Shown here in pieces: positions 9,545 to 21,974 of a DNA stretch of 64,000 bases. Every line of letters begins with the position of its first letter. The stretch's first letter is position 1. The translations under genes were made by a program, and so were the position numbers. The notes under the pieces were generated by a model that saw only the letters and a list, made by a program, of their open reading frames with translations, searched no databases and had not been told where the DNA came from. The stretch lies in contig CBFFSA010000015.1 in assembly GCA_965644495.1 (NCBI GenBank), positions 1 through 64,000 of the forward strand, written 5' to 3'. Source of the DNA: Perkinsela sp. CCAP 1560/9 (lineage: Eukaryota > Protista > Euglenozoa: Kinetoplastea).

Positions 9545-10490
9545 ATGGGGACACTGGAAGATGCTCCAATGTTATACGTGTTCGTCATGGAATACGTCGC
9601 TTCACCCTTGTTGTAAGGCATGCTTCGTGCTGTATTAGAGTCTTCTGAGGTACCCTGAAGAGTCTCAGCTACCTTTACGGATGCGCGGCGAGTGGAATCT
9701 ATGTACTCTTGGGCGGTCTTAGAGATCTGCCATTTAAAGAATTCCTGTATCTCACTTACGGTTCGACCACCTTCAGTAAGATGGCAAGCCGTTGTGCGTC
9801 GCAGCGCATGTCCTGTGAAGCTTTCCGCGTCATCCAGGTTAAGATGCGCAGCCATGAACTTCGGTATTCCTCTCATAGATTGTACCCCCATGGGCGCATT
9901 CTTGAATCCATTGGAGATACCAGATTTTTTATTCAACCACATTACGTTACGAAACAGAGGCATAAACTTTTTGTCGATCGTGGTTCTAGATAGATACTTT
10001 CGTAACGCGTCTCCCGGAACAAGAAACTTTGACTGCGTCGTGGAAGATCTGTGCTTTCCTCTAAAGAGACTCACCCACAATCTCTTTATTTCCCCTGAGT
10101 CTGCTTCTGAAATGCACTTCGTTGTTGGAGTTCGTGCTTCACCCATGCGGAGGCCTCCATAGTATCCACTGCAACGAGGGCAATGTTGCGAACGCACTCA
10201 TCATCTTCTCGATTTTCTGAGAAGAGGATTTCCATGTGATGGGCGGTGAATGTTTCAGTTTTTTTGATCGGATCTACATTCTTTTCACCAGCCCTCGAGC
10301 TGGTCGACCACCCTCGGCCAATCTTTTAGAGGTCTGATATCAAACTTAGCGCTGATAACTTTACCTATCATGGAGCATACGCTCCACATAGTTTTGGGTG
10401 CATAGCTGCGCTCTTCCTTCAGATGCTTTATATACAGACACAGGTCGCCCTCCGTCGGTTGAGGGTCAGCAGATCTAACCAACCAAATAT
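9545..10490 (-). pseudogene. Crypton-like tyrosine recombinase, frameshifted
   Basis: FTGHALRRT (HxxR) and FKWQISKTAQEYID (W...Y nucleophile); N-terminal LCLYIKHLKEERSYAPKTMWS in a separate frame; no linked RT in the same element. Confidence 0.75.
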
Positions 10491-11179
10491 GTCCCAGTTG
10501 AAAGCTTCACAAATTTCTCCTACCCATAAAACACTTTGGCGGTGTCCACAAAACTAACATATTCACCAGAAGCTTTTCAAAAACATCTTGCAACAACTTC
10601 CATGTATCCTAATCATTCGAGGTGAATGACGTTCCAGTACTTAGTCAAAGAATTGTGATATGAAATCGACTTTTCATTTTCAGCACAAACGGTTTACCTA
10701 ATAAAAAATATTTTCACGAGAAACAACAGCATATCACCTTATCACACTATCCCTCACAGAAAATGCGATCAAGGGGGGTATGAGGGGGGTATCATTTCTT
10801 TGGTGTTCGTAATACGTTCTTAGTGCGCGATCTATCGTCTTTCCCCTGACGCTTTTCTGTCTTTTTGACGCAGTTCTCTCTTTTACTGAGTGTTTTTTGA
10901 CGTGACCCCTTTGTGTCCAGACTTTCATGGCTTGGCTCATCATTCTCCTGGTATAACTGATTACTCCTCTTTCTTTGCGGAGCTCTAAATTTAACCCGAT
11001 CACTCATAACAATACGTGCTACATGAGGCAACTGTTGCTTTGACTCAATGCCTTTTAGCCTTTTTGTGTTGTTGGACTGTACGCGTTCTTGTGATCTTGT
11101 GCGTTTCGTTTCCGTTTCTATCTCTGTACGTTAGCAAACGCCTTTGCTAACTGTCCTACTTTTTGGCAATATTTTTACG

Positions 11180-11870
11180 TGCTCACCATGGGTGCATATT
11201 TGGCTCAGAATTATCACTCACAATAACAGCTGCGGAACTTTATGCTGTCTATGAGGCTCTGCAGATGTCAATGAAGCATGAGAAGGATATTATCATTCAC
11301 ACAGACTCTGCGTATGTATGGGAATTTTTCCATGTGATTCGGAACAGGTTTTCTCTATTCGGGTTTCACCAATTTGAAAATTCGGACCTCTTATCAAAGA
11401 TACATCGTGTCTGCTTTCAATTAGAAGCTGACCGACGCGTGTTCATCATCAAGGTTAGGGGGCATGAAGGGAACCCACATAATGACACATCGGGCTGGCT
11501 TGCGAAAAGAGCTTCTCAACAGTCTGACGAAAACGCCTCCTTTTGTTTCCGTGGTTTGGAAGAAAAATCCTGCTCCAAAAGACGAAACATGACCCCACTG
11601 AACACAGACAAAAAGATCAAATCGTTACAAAAACGGACTTTGCCAGTTTTTGCGTTTACACAGGTGAGGGCTGAAGAGGAAACACCCCATCCCCCCAAAT
11701 CTGAGGCTCTTTCTCAAAATGAAGTTGTTAGTAGAACCCCTTCATCAAAAACATTGAAACGCATCCGTTCGAAAGGAAAATCGACCAAAACCAATGAAAA
11801 AGTTGGTACAAAACTGCGCAAGAGTGCAGAAGACACATGCGTCAAGAATGAGATCCCAGTTTGCATATGA
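11180..11870 (+). pseudogene. LINE-derived RNase H fragment with basic low-complexity tail
   Basis: AAELYAVYEAL, IHTDSAYVWEFF and KVRGHEGNPHN; homologous to 12300-13012 and 21975-22260. Confidence 0.8.
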
Positions 11871-12299
11871 GTACTTACGGGAAGAACCCCTCAGAGGAAA
11901 CGCTCGCTTAGAGAGGATGAAAGCAAGATGCAAAAATCTACAAGGAGATCTCATTGAGCAAATGAGGAAAGCAAAACCATGCTAATGGAAGTCGTTAAAT
12001 ACACTATGCCATTAGTATTAATATACGTTTTATGAAGAAGAGAGATAGGATATTGATTTTGTCAATAAGATTTGGATTTATTAAGCTGTTTCGCTCTTTG
12101 CCCTAGGCAAAAACAGGAATATAGAGCCAACAGATAAGGAAGTCAAATGGTTATGAAAGCAAAGCGCCGGAAGCCGCATTCGCACCTAACGGGTTATTTA
12201 CCAAAGAAAGTAATGAGGAAGTCATGGTCGTAGAAGATGCTTCTACGCGTAAAAGCCAAGTGAGCTTGTACGTAGGTGGGTTCTATTTTATGGTGTAAA

Positions 12300-15150
12300 T
12301 TACAGACCCTTTAACTGATATTCAAATATCAGTGTCTTTGTAGTTGTTGTTGTTGTTGTTGTTGTGCGTATTTGGCTAGAGGTTACCGATTTAAGTTTGC
12401 GCTGCATTTTGCTGCCATTAGAATCACCATTGGTATGGTTTTTGCGCTTGTCTTCTGCATGAGGAATCTCGCCGTAGAATCTCAAAGCCTTTTCTCCCTT
12501 GCTTATTTTACTAGCCACCCAGTCTGCCATATAATTATGTGGATTCTCGTTATGCGCTTTAACTTTTACGCAGTAGAAGCGCTTTGTCCATCTTAGCGAA
12601 ATATATGTTTCTTGCAATTTCTGAAGTATAGCGCCTCCCTCAAATGATTTAAATCCTATGAATCTGAACCTATGGATAGCTCCATGAAAGAAATCCCAAA
12701 CATACTCAGAATCCGTGTGCAAAATGACATCTCCGTCGTAGGACAATGCGATGAGAAGAGCCTCGTGCGCGGCAAAGGATTCTATTTCCTGAATAGATTG
12801 AGAGAATTCATGAGGAGGTTTTAACCCAAGAGATATAGAGGGCCCGCGGCGGGGCAGACTACCCCACAACCTGTGTGAGTTTCATCCTTTTTAACGATTC
12901 GTGCTCCATCTGTATAAATGTGTGTTTCATTTGGCCCCATTGGAAATGGTTGCCGCCCTTCTTCAATGTATTGTAGGGTTTCGTAGCACCCCTTGTTTAC
13001 CCCCTTTACCAAAAGATTTTCCCATAGTTTTGAAGTTGTTTTAGTGTACGAGTGCCTGGGTTCAAGCTGATTTTGAAGATTTTCAAGTTTCTTGCACCAT
13101 TAAGACCGATTTTGACCAAGTTTTAGAATCTCAGATACGTCAGAATGTAACTCTTTTGCACATCTTTCTGATAGCGATGGCTTGGAACTCTCATCATTCG
13201 TTCTCCATAGTACGGCAGTTACGAATGGAGTAGGGTGACGAATAAGGTGGCCTACTAGCGAGGCACGTTGCAATTGTATCACAGTATTGGGCTTTAGGTC
13301 AGTGGGGTAAAGAGAGTCTACTCTGCAATGCGCCTCTTTCGAGCACTTGACTCCCAACATGACCCTCCTCATTCTGTTCATTTGGACTTCCACTTCATGT
13401 AGCTCTATCTTATTTAAATTCCAAGTCCCTGGATTATAATAGACCACTGATTGAACGAGAGACTTAAAGATGTGTAATTTGCTTTTTGGTGATATAGTAG
13501 AACTCCATATGGCTTTGAGTTTGTGCATTATTGCCCAACCTAATCGTACACTTTCTTGTGAGTTTGAGCTGCGATCCTCCTCGTTCTGAGTGCTACCCAA
13601 GTAGCGATAATATGTAACTTTTGGTATTTTTTTTTGTTTGACTTTTGGTATATCGCCGAGTGTCACTACTTGCAAAGGTCTTCCATCATCCTTAACTTTA
13701 CCTAGTGTCATCCGTGCCGTTTTGTTTGGTCCGACATTTATTTTCAAATTAGCTTTTTCTGCGGAAGTTTTAAGTTTGTGCAACATTGTGCTTAGCTCCT
13801 CCTTGGATTCGGAGAAGAAAACTATATCATCAGCATAATTTATATCAGATACACGCAGTTCCTTTAGGCCTCTGCTCCTAGTTTCTGAGCTATGTGTCAC
13901 AAGCCCTAAGCGATTTATGTCGATAGATTCAACTAAAATACGATCAAGAACCATAATAAGCAGGTATGGGGCCAGAACGTCACCTTGAAGAGTCCCCTGT
14001 AAAAGTGGAAATGAGTCTGTATTACCGTATGGTGTTTTCACGTGCGATTTGAGATTTTGATAAATACACATGACCGTAGAACTGAGATTTTCGGGAATAT
14101 CGAAAGCACGTAATGTCTCTTTTATCGCAGCGAATGATAATGAAGGAAAGGCTTGTTGAAAGTCGACAAAACAGACGAACACCCCAGCCCCTCGGCGTGA
14201 TTTTTCCATTATTTCTAAAAACGTTGCCTGAGCGCCAGCTGTTGAGCGGTTTGGTCGAAAGCCGAATTGATTCCCGCGAAGCAAACTTTCCACTGCTGGT
14301 TGTATTCTGTCTAAAATGATTTGATTCAAAATCTTCACTACATGATTCACAAGACAGATTGGTCTCCAATTTGTGAGTGAGCGCAAGTTACCTTTCTTTG
14401 GCAATGGGACCTGCAATATCGATTCCCAAGATTCATCCGCTTTTCCGGTTTTTCGTACTTCATTCATTATATCCAGGAGAGCATTATGCAAGTCTTGATC
14501 AGCTGAAATAGCACGTAGAGCTTCAACAGGGATATGATCATCGCCTGTAGCTTTTCCTGACTTAATCTTTACCATCGCAGCAGTTAGTTCCTCCACTCCA
14601 AATTCACCATCATCAATTTTTGCCAGTCGTTTTGGTGCAGCAGGTAAACTTATTGCTTCATGACCTTTGTAAGCACTACCCCCTACCATGCTGAAATGAT
14701 TCTTCACTATATTAAGGCTGCTGTTTACCGTAGTTGAAACTAGCGGAAAATCTTGCTTCTTGTCCCCTACAATTTTTCGAATTGTGCTGTACGCGGATTT
14801 TGGAGTTGATTTAAGCTCTTTTTCCATGGCGTCGCACTCATTTATAATAGAGGAGTCTAGCTTTTCAGAGAATTCTTTCCATGCAGTAGCAAACATAGTT
14901 TTATTGCCCACGATCTTCAGCAGAGACTTCATGTCAAATCCGGATAGATCTGTTTCAGCATCAATGCGAATTTCTTTTGCATTACTAGTTTTCTTGGGCA
15001 GACTAGATGCGGTCACTCTAACAGCAGAAGAGAGTTTTGTCCAAGATATTTCGCTGGCCTTATCTATTTCCATTTTTGGCGCGTTTTCGGACTTCTGATC
15101 CTCCGACCGAATTCTTTTTGGCACAATGTTTCTGCAACAGCTAACACATC
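12300..15150 (-). mobile_element. 5'-truncated RTE-like LINE: reverse transcriptase plus RNase H, with stops and frameshifts
   Basis: GKATGDDHIP, PLPKKGN..NWRPICL, QFGFRPNRS, FVDFQQAF, GTLQGDVLAPYL, YADD, YRYLGS; then IYTDGA, LHTDSEYVW and KVKAHNENPHN. Confidence 0.9.
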
Positions 15151-15175
15151 TATCAAAGGTACCTTTGATCAAAAT

Positions 15176-18100
15176 TTGTTCGATGTCTGGTATGATGATA
15201 AAAGCCCTGTGAAAATCATTTGCGGAGATTTAAATGCACCTCTTCTTACAGTACGAGGCTGGAAATGCCGCACTAAGCGGACTAAGGCGCTACGCAGTTT
15301 GTTGCATTCAATGGGCGCCCAGTCTGCACATGAAGGATGCTGTGCGCGGCGCAAGTGGACATATCGCTTTCCAAAGTCCAAAAAATATCCAGAAGGTTTG
15401 ACGAAACAACTAGATCATATAATCGTAAATCGTCGATTTTTCTCGTCGATACGTAAACAAAAGGTTTGCATCCCCCCTATTCCAACCAGACACTGCGTAC
15501 TATCTTCAAACTTTAATTTTCGTTGGAAAGAACAAGAAAAGAAACTACAGCCGCCCTTCTGGTCGGCTGTTGTTTGGTCCCTTCGGCTGTAGTTTGGACC
15601 GTTCTGGTCGGCTTAATGATGACATTAAGAGCAATTTTGCAACCGGAGTTAAGAAAGCCCTGAAACATGCTCCGAAAAGAATACGTTCAACAAACGAAAC
15701 TGAAACTGCAACTACTCCTCATCTTGAAGTCGAAAACATCAAAGTAAGTTGGGAAAAACTAGCCGAAGCAATCCATTCCACCTCAAATACTCTTCCAAAA
15801 AGGCTTCCAAAAAATGCGGACAATGCGGCTATTCGGGAAATTGACCCAGATGTGTTGAACTTAGAATGTTATGAAAGAAGTTGCCAGCAAAAGTGAATTT
15901 AAACATGCGACTAAGATATTTTCTGATCGAATTGAGACATCTATTTTAACTGAGTGTGAAATTTTGGAAAAGGAACTAAAATCGGCGCCTAAATCAGCGT
16001 ATAGAACCATACGAAATATTGTTGGGGATAATAGAAGTGAATTTGCAATATTTGGGAGAACTGCCAAAGAAAGTCTCGAAGCAGTTAGAAATCATTTTTC
16101 GAAAGTCGGACACGAGACAGTGGCTGAAAAAGGCACCATTCGATTTCCAACGGCACCGAAACGATTAGAACAGATTGACGACGGAAAATTTCGCCAATCT
16201 TGGAAGTCCATATTACAGGTACCGCTGCCAAAAAAGGGAAACTTGCAATCACTGGGAAATTGGAGACCAGTATGCCTTGTTAACCATGTGGTTAAAGTGT
16301 TGAACAGAATGATCCTAAACCGCATCCAACCGGCAGTAGAGAAGTCTCTCCGTGGGAACCAATTTGGTTTCCGCCCGAATCGATCTACAGCAGGCGCGCA
16401 GGCAACATTTATGGAGATTGCAAGCAAATCGCACAAAGGAACAGGCGCGTACGCATGTTTCGTAGACTTCAAGCAAGTCTTTCCATCAATATCGTTCGAC
16501 TCCATAAAAGAGGCTCTCCGAGCTTTTGATATACCTCCAAAGCTGAGTGCAGCTGTGATGTCAATTTACAAAAATCTTCGATCTCATGTACGGACCCCTT
16601 ACGGAACAACGGAAGATTTTCCTATTGTAAGCGGCACTCTTCAAGGAGATGTTCTAGCTCCTTACTTATTTGCTATGGTTCTGGACCGAATTTTGGTAGA
16701 GGCTATTGACATGAACAAGCTCGGGCTGGTAACGCACACATCCGGGACAAAAAGTCGAGGACTCAAAGAACTGAGAATTTCTGACATTGATTACGCTGAT
16801 GATATTGTATTGTTTGCTTCAACGAAACCTGAATTAAAAATCATGCTTACCAATTTATGTGCTTCAGCAGAAAAGGCAAACCTTAAAATCAATGTTGGTG
16901 CACAGAAAACGGCTTGGATGACACTTGGAAAGGTAAAGGATGATAATACCGCCCTAGAAATAGACGGATTAGGGGAAATTCCTAGAGTAAAAAAGTACAG
17001 ATATCTTGGCAGCACACAGAACACCGAGGATACCTGTACGTCCCCCAAGGAAAGACTGCGACTAGGATGGGGTGTAATGCACAAGCTTCGCGCCATATGG
17101 AAGTCCTCTATCTCCTCTCATTGCAAATTTCAAATTTTCAAAACACTCGTTCAATCCGTCGTGTACTACAACCCTGGCACATGGAATGTCAATCAGGCAG
17201 AACTTCACGATATTCAAGTTCAAGTAAATAGAATGCGCAGAATTGTATTTGGCGTAAAAAATGCTTGTGACTCTCGTCTCAGAACGGAATCGCTTTATCC
17301 TACTGACTTAAAACCTGAAACAGTAATTAAGACACAGAGAGATTCCTTAATAGGGCATCTTGTGCGCCATCCTACACCGTTTACTACAGCAGTACTATGG
17401 AGAATAAATGATGAGGCCTCTAAACCAACATTGTCCGAACGGTGTGCCCACGAACTACACTCTGATGTTACTGAAATCCTACAACTTGGACAAGATCGCC
17501 CCACATGGCGGAAGAAACTGGAAAAACTACAGGTGGAGCTGGAACCACAACCTTCTTACACAAAGTCTTGTTCTCCTGCTTGGGAAAAAAGTATTAAAAA
17601 GATATTGGAAAACAAGGACTATCAAACTCTACAGTACGTGGAAGAAAGTAGCAGGTGCATCGGTATCGGCTCATTGGGTTCCACTCATTCAAAGGGTGCG
17701 AAGCAATGCGATCCCTTCAAAACGCTTACTACAGTACAAAACATACTAAAAAATTCTACTGTATCAAGGTCAAACCACACAATGAAAATATGTACAACGA
17801 TACCGCAGATTATTGCGGTGGTTGTAAAACTACCGCTCTACACTCGATTATTGAAAAAAAAGTGAACACAAACAGTGAAAATATAAAGAGGAACACAGTA
17901 ATATAATAGAAGAAAAAAATATAAAAGGGGGCTCCGGTGGTCCAAAACTGAAAAAAAATTTTGAAAAAAATGGGGGGCCCATGGGGGGGGTCCAGGGGGG
18001 AGGTCCAGGGGGGGGGCATGAGCGGAGGGGGCGGAGTAATCCGTGGCGTACGCTACGTAGAATTTGCCGTTTGTACAGGGAAACTCTTTGCATCCAGACC

Positions 18101-19410
18101 TCGTCGACAAGGGAAACTCTTAACATTGTTAAAGATTTCTTTGGGGGGGGCATGGTCGAGCAAATTTTTTCGAAAAAATTAGTTTTCGAAAAAAAACCGC
18201 AGAAAGGGTAGCCGGGGTCTTGGCGCGCATTTTCCACCCCCCTACCCGGGGGTGACCCCCCCGCGTATCCGCAGGACGGGTCCGCCAATTTCGGATTTTT
18301 CGGAAAAAATTTTTTGAAAAAAAATTCAACTTGGCGAAAAAAATGACAAAAAAAATATTTTTCCAAAATGGTTTCCCCTATTGTATTTTGATAGTTTGGG
18401 ACCTACACTAGCTTTCTCCGCAGTTGTTTTCGCAAGGTATCCCTTCTTCAAACTGTGGTGCGCCCCTCAAAATGACCCACTTTTGACTAAAAATGGTGAA
18501 AAAGTATTTTTCGGACCTAAAGGGGCATTTTTGTGTCGAAAGAATGGTATGGTTGGAGTCGTATTCTCTACCCAATACGTTCGGTAGGCTTTCATTCATG
18601 CCTGCGAGTGATTTCCCACGCGCAAATGTCGGATTTAGTGCTCTGAGAGCAAAAATATGCGAAAATGACCCCATTTTTACCCGAAATTCGGCTATTTTTG
18701 GCTATAATCTTTCCGTTTTCCAGGCTAAATTTTCTTTTTTAGGCTCTTCGTTAAACGCGGCGGTAGTTTTCAACGCGAAGCGCGCAGCATGAGTGACTTC
18801 TAAGTTGAAAACAACCACCGCGTTTAACGAAGAGCCTAAAAAAGAAAATTTAGCCAAAAAGGCGTGCAAGCTGGAAGGAAATGAACTAGCTATAAAATAC
18901 TACGGGGATATATTGCACGGCAATGCAAAGAGGAAATCAGAGCAAAATAATACCTCAATATGTCTTAAAACTCAGAGAACTAGAAAAGGCACAAACCAAA
19001 GAACAGTGCCTGTATCTACGGGGCCCCCTTTGTCGGAAAACTCACACGATTCACGTTCAACGAAACAACCCAAACGGAGCATTCGAATAAATGAAAAGAG
19101 GACGAAATCTCCCATACGCAAAGCTTCTTTACATAAGAAGACAAAGGGTATCAACTTAATTTCCAGCCCCCCACAGATAACCAATTCGAACGTAAGCATT
19201 TAGGTGAAACGAAATAAACCGCAAATGAAGCGTCTAAAAGATACAAGTTTGGACTTATCATCATCCCAGACAAAGAGTGAACCAGAAAACGAAAAGGAGT
19301 CACAAAAGCGAGTGAAAAGGACATCAAAGAAAAAACCTTGTTTTACAGCTAAAGGGAAAGACAAGAGTATAATTGATGTAAAAAAGCATGGAAATAAGCG
19401 GGAGAATTAG
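15176..19410 (+). mobile_element. Second RTE-like LINE copy (APE C-terminus, RT, deleted RNase H, basic tail), interrupted by element E
   Basis: ICGDLNA, WTY and QLDHI (APE); GTLQGDVLAPYLF and YADD (RT); RNase H end NDTADY|LAKKAC split by E at 17813-18848. Confidence 0.9.
17813..18848 (+). mobile_element. Non-autonomous Helitron2-like element E, complete, with a ~120-bp internal LINE fragment
   Basis: 5' TTGCGGTGGTTGTAAAACTACCGC hairpin; 3' ~120-bp palindrome containing ACAACCACCGC; removal restores the host LINE frame with no duplication. Confidence 0.8.
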
Positions 19411-19743
19411 CCTTACGACATTAACTTTCCGATTTGAGAGATGCTATTGGAGCCTATGCTTCTGTTATATTTAAGTTAATTGCCATCAGATTTGGTGAAT
19501 TAAAGAATTACGTTCGCTGACGTGATTGCAACGGTGAGTTGTCTTATAGTGTTCAAAAGCTAAGTACTAATGGTTCATAGAGATCGATTGATTAGGAGGC
19601 TTGAAATTGAAAGTCTGTTTTTTTTTTTTTAATTTTCTGTAAGTGTGTTCTGTGTTGATATTTTGAAGGTGGAAATTTTTAGGAGAAATTTTTGAATCCT
19701 TTAACTGAGATAACATCTCAGTGTTGGTTGGGATATCAAGCAC

Positions 19744-20095
19744 CAAACTCTTAAAAAACGGTCTAGGAGTTGATTTGGGTAAAACATATTTTTTCACTTT
19801 CACCGATAAATTTTCAGTTTTTTTTTGAAAAATTCAAAAATTGCTATGATCACCTTGGTGGGGGGGGCAGGGGGTATCCATCGGAATTGTTGAAAAACTA
19901 GTGATCTTGTCATACAATTCGATTCACACGTCTTTGTATACATTTTTTTCGAAACCTCACCTGAAACGATATCGGGCACGAAATCGGGCCACAAATCGGG
20001 CCACAAATCGGGCACGACGAATCAACCTACGGTAGCGAGGTAGTAGTATCTCCCTCAATTAACCTACGGTATCGAGGGAGTAGTATCTCCCTCAA
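19744..20095 (-). mobile_element. Family F 5' fragment with a tandemly duplicated 37-bp 5' terminus
   Basis: Reverse complement of 7683-8012; GTATCTCCCTCAA at 20046-20058 and 20083-20095. Confidence 0.8.
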
Positions 20096-20355
20096 TAAGA
20101 CCGACTTAAAGTCGGTTGAAAAACATAACACTTTCACCTTGAAAGTGAATACCTCAAGGTATTCCAAGTTTAGAAAGATGCAATTCCATCAATTCTTTCC
20201 TTACATGGACGGTTTCCTATTACGTCCAGTTCTCGCAACCTTACCTCGAAGCACACTCCATGCCTCAGCTTCGCGCTTGAATGCAGGAATGTCTCGCGCT
20301 AGATCATTTCCAAGGGATTTCCTTTTGAGTAAGGCATTTAAGGACCTTTTGCCAA

Positions 20356-20475
20356 TTTTTCTTTTTTAGGCTCTTCGTTAAACGCGGTGATAGTTTTCAA
20401 CGCGAAGCGCGCAGCATGAGTGACTTCTAAGTTGAAAACAACCACTACGTTTAACGAAGAGCCTAAAAAAGAAAA
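20356..20475 (+). repeat. Solo copy of the E terminal palindrome
   Basis: TTTTCTTTTTTAGGCTCTTCGTTAAACG...CGTTTAACGAAGAGCCTAAAAAAGAAAA with no adjoining E body. Confidence 0.9.
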
Positions 20476-20779
20476 TATTCCATTTATTTCCAATGTGTGC
20501 CCTTACTTTGCACAAGTGTATGGTATAAGAATTAAAGGTGAAAGTCAAACATTATTTCACAAATTTTTTTTTGTTGATGTTCTCATTTGACCATATTTTA
20601 CTTACAAAATGTTTTTTAGGATATTTTTCGCATATTTCTGCACTATTCTCGATGGATTGCCCGTTTTACCACAATTTCCAATGTACAGACAGTATTAGCT
20701 ATATGATATTGTCTAGTGGTTGAAAGGCCACAAATTTGTTTTCCAGAGCGTCATCTTTAGCAAGCGGCATGAAACTCTC

Positions 20780-21476
20780 ATTTGCGTGCGGAAAGGCGAT
20801 CACTGGGTCTGCCCCGATCGTTTGTGTCGGAGTCGTACATACCACATGGAGCCACTCTTAAGTTCCTTCGGTAGCCGAACACCAAGCCCAATTCTTCATG
20901 TTCTATATGGTATGGCGAACGGCAATTGTCGTGATCAATTGACTCTGGAAACACTTTAGTAGTCAAACTGTCACAGAATTGACAAAAAAGTTGGAACGTA
21001 TTGTTGCTTCCGTTCATGAAATGCGAACTTCGGCTGCACGAGGCACTGTTACTATCATGCAGAAGCACGAAACTTGCTTTTCTAAGGCAAAAAGGGGGGG
21101 TAATAACCGACCAGCCCGCATTCGACAGGGGGGATCAGCCTGGGCAAACTTCCTGACACAGACCTCTCGTTCTCGGAAAGATGAGCAGATATTTGTAAGC
21201 ACGCTGGAAGACCGCCGTAGTTCCTCGACTAATGACCCTGTGTTTGAACTGGCCGCAAGCGAACGTACCATTGTTCACACGGATGGATGGAGAGGAAGCA
21301 ATGCCTTGGACAACAGACTCAACCATGGAACAGTAAACCATCGCCGTCGCTGGGTTGATCCTGTCACCGGGGTGCACACTCAGACTGCTGACCGCATGAA
21401 CGGAATGTTGAAAAAAGAAGTCCGCATGCGTGGCAACGGCACACTTGGTAGTGGAGTACAAGCGCGATGCAAATAA
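20780..21476 (+). pseudogene. Degenerate Merlin/IS1595-family transposase
   Basis: IVHTDGWRG, TVNHRRRWVDPVTGVHTQTAD; first catalytic motif decayed (QKHET); homologous to 51911-52783. Confidence 0.8.
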
Positions 21477-21554
21477 TGCTTGACTTTGATCGAATTAAAT
21501 TTTAGGAATCGGAGCTGCAGATCCACATCAAGTCACCATTTTTTATTCCATTTG

Positions 21555-21973
21555 GAGCGGTGCGGGCGTAGTTATTAGACGGTGGTCCTTACAACCTGCA
21601 GGTTGTTGGTTCGATTCCCGCTATCGACAAAACTCGCAACCTGGCGGCCTCACTTCAAAGGGAGAGCGATCAGGAGTGCCTTCAATGCCCACACCCAACA
21701 CCGCTCCACTGGAGGACCGACCCGGGACCGCCGAGCTGAACCAGGCTCCAGCGCAGCCGCTAAAATGCGAGCTGACTATGCAAAGGAGGCTTGAGACACA
21801 GCCTACACGATGCAACGGGGTGGACGCCCGTACTGGTAGCTACGGTTGGGTAGCCGTGCTCGGGCCGCAAGGCGTCGAGTGCCGTCTGGGAAGGGGGTAG
21901 CAAGACAATGACCTGAGACTCTACCCTAACGGTTGGCGATGCAGAGCCCTCCGTGTCTTCTTCTTCTTCTTCT
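21555..21973 (+). mobile_element. SINE-A copy
   Basis: Matches 1271-1690 with a short (TTC)n tail. Confidence 0.85.
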
Positions 21974-21974
21974 T

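Noticed and set aside
10734-11031. Basic ORFs on the minus strand
   Set aside because: Short, low complexity and without motifs; probably a decayed LINE tail but unsupported
17810-18792. Short ORFs inside E and F elements, recurring in each copy
   Set aside because: Non-ATG starts, homopolymer-driven composition and frame changes between copies indicate non-coding DNA
7683-20058. One 12.4-kb element bounded by ~330-bp TIRs
   Set aside because: Both arms are F-family 5' ends that also occur singly elsewhere; no TSD; the interior is unrelated nested TEs
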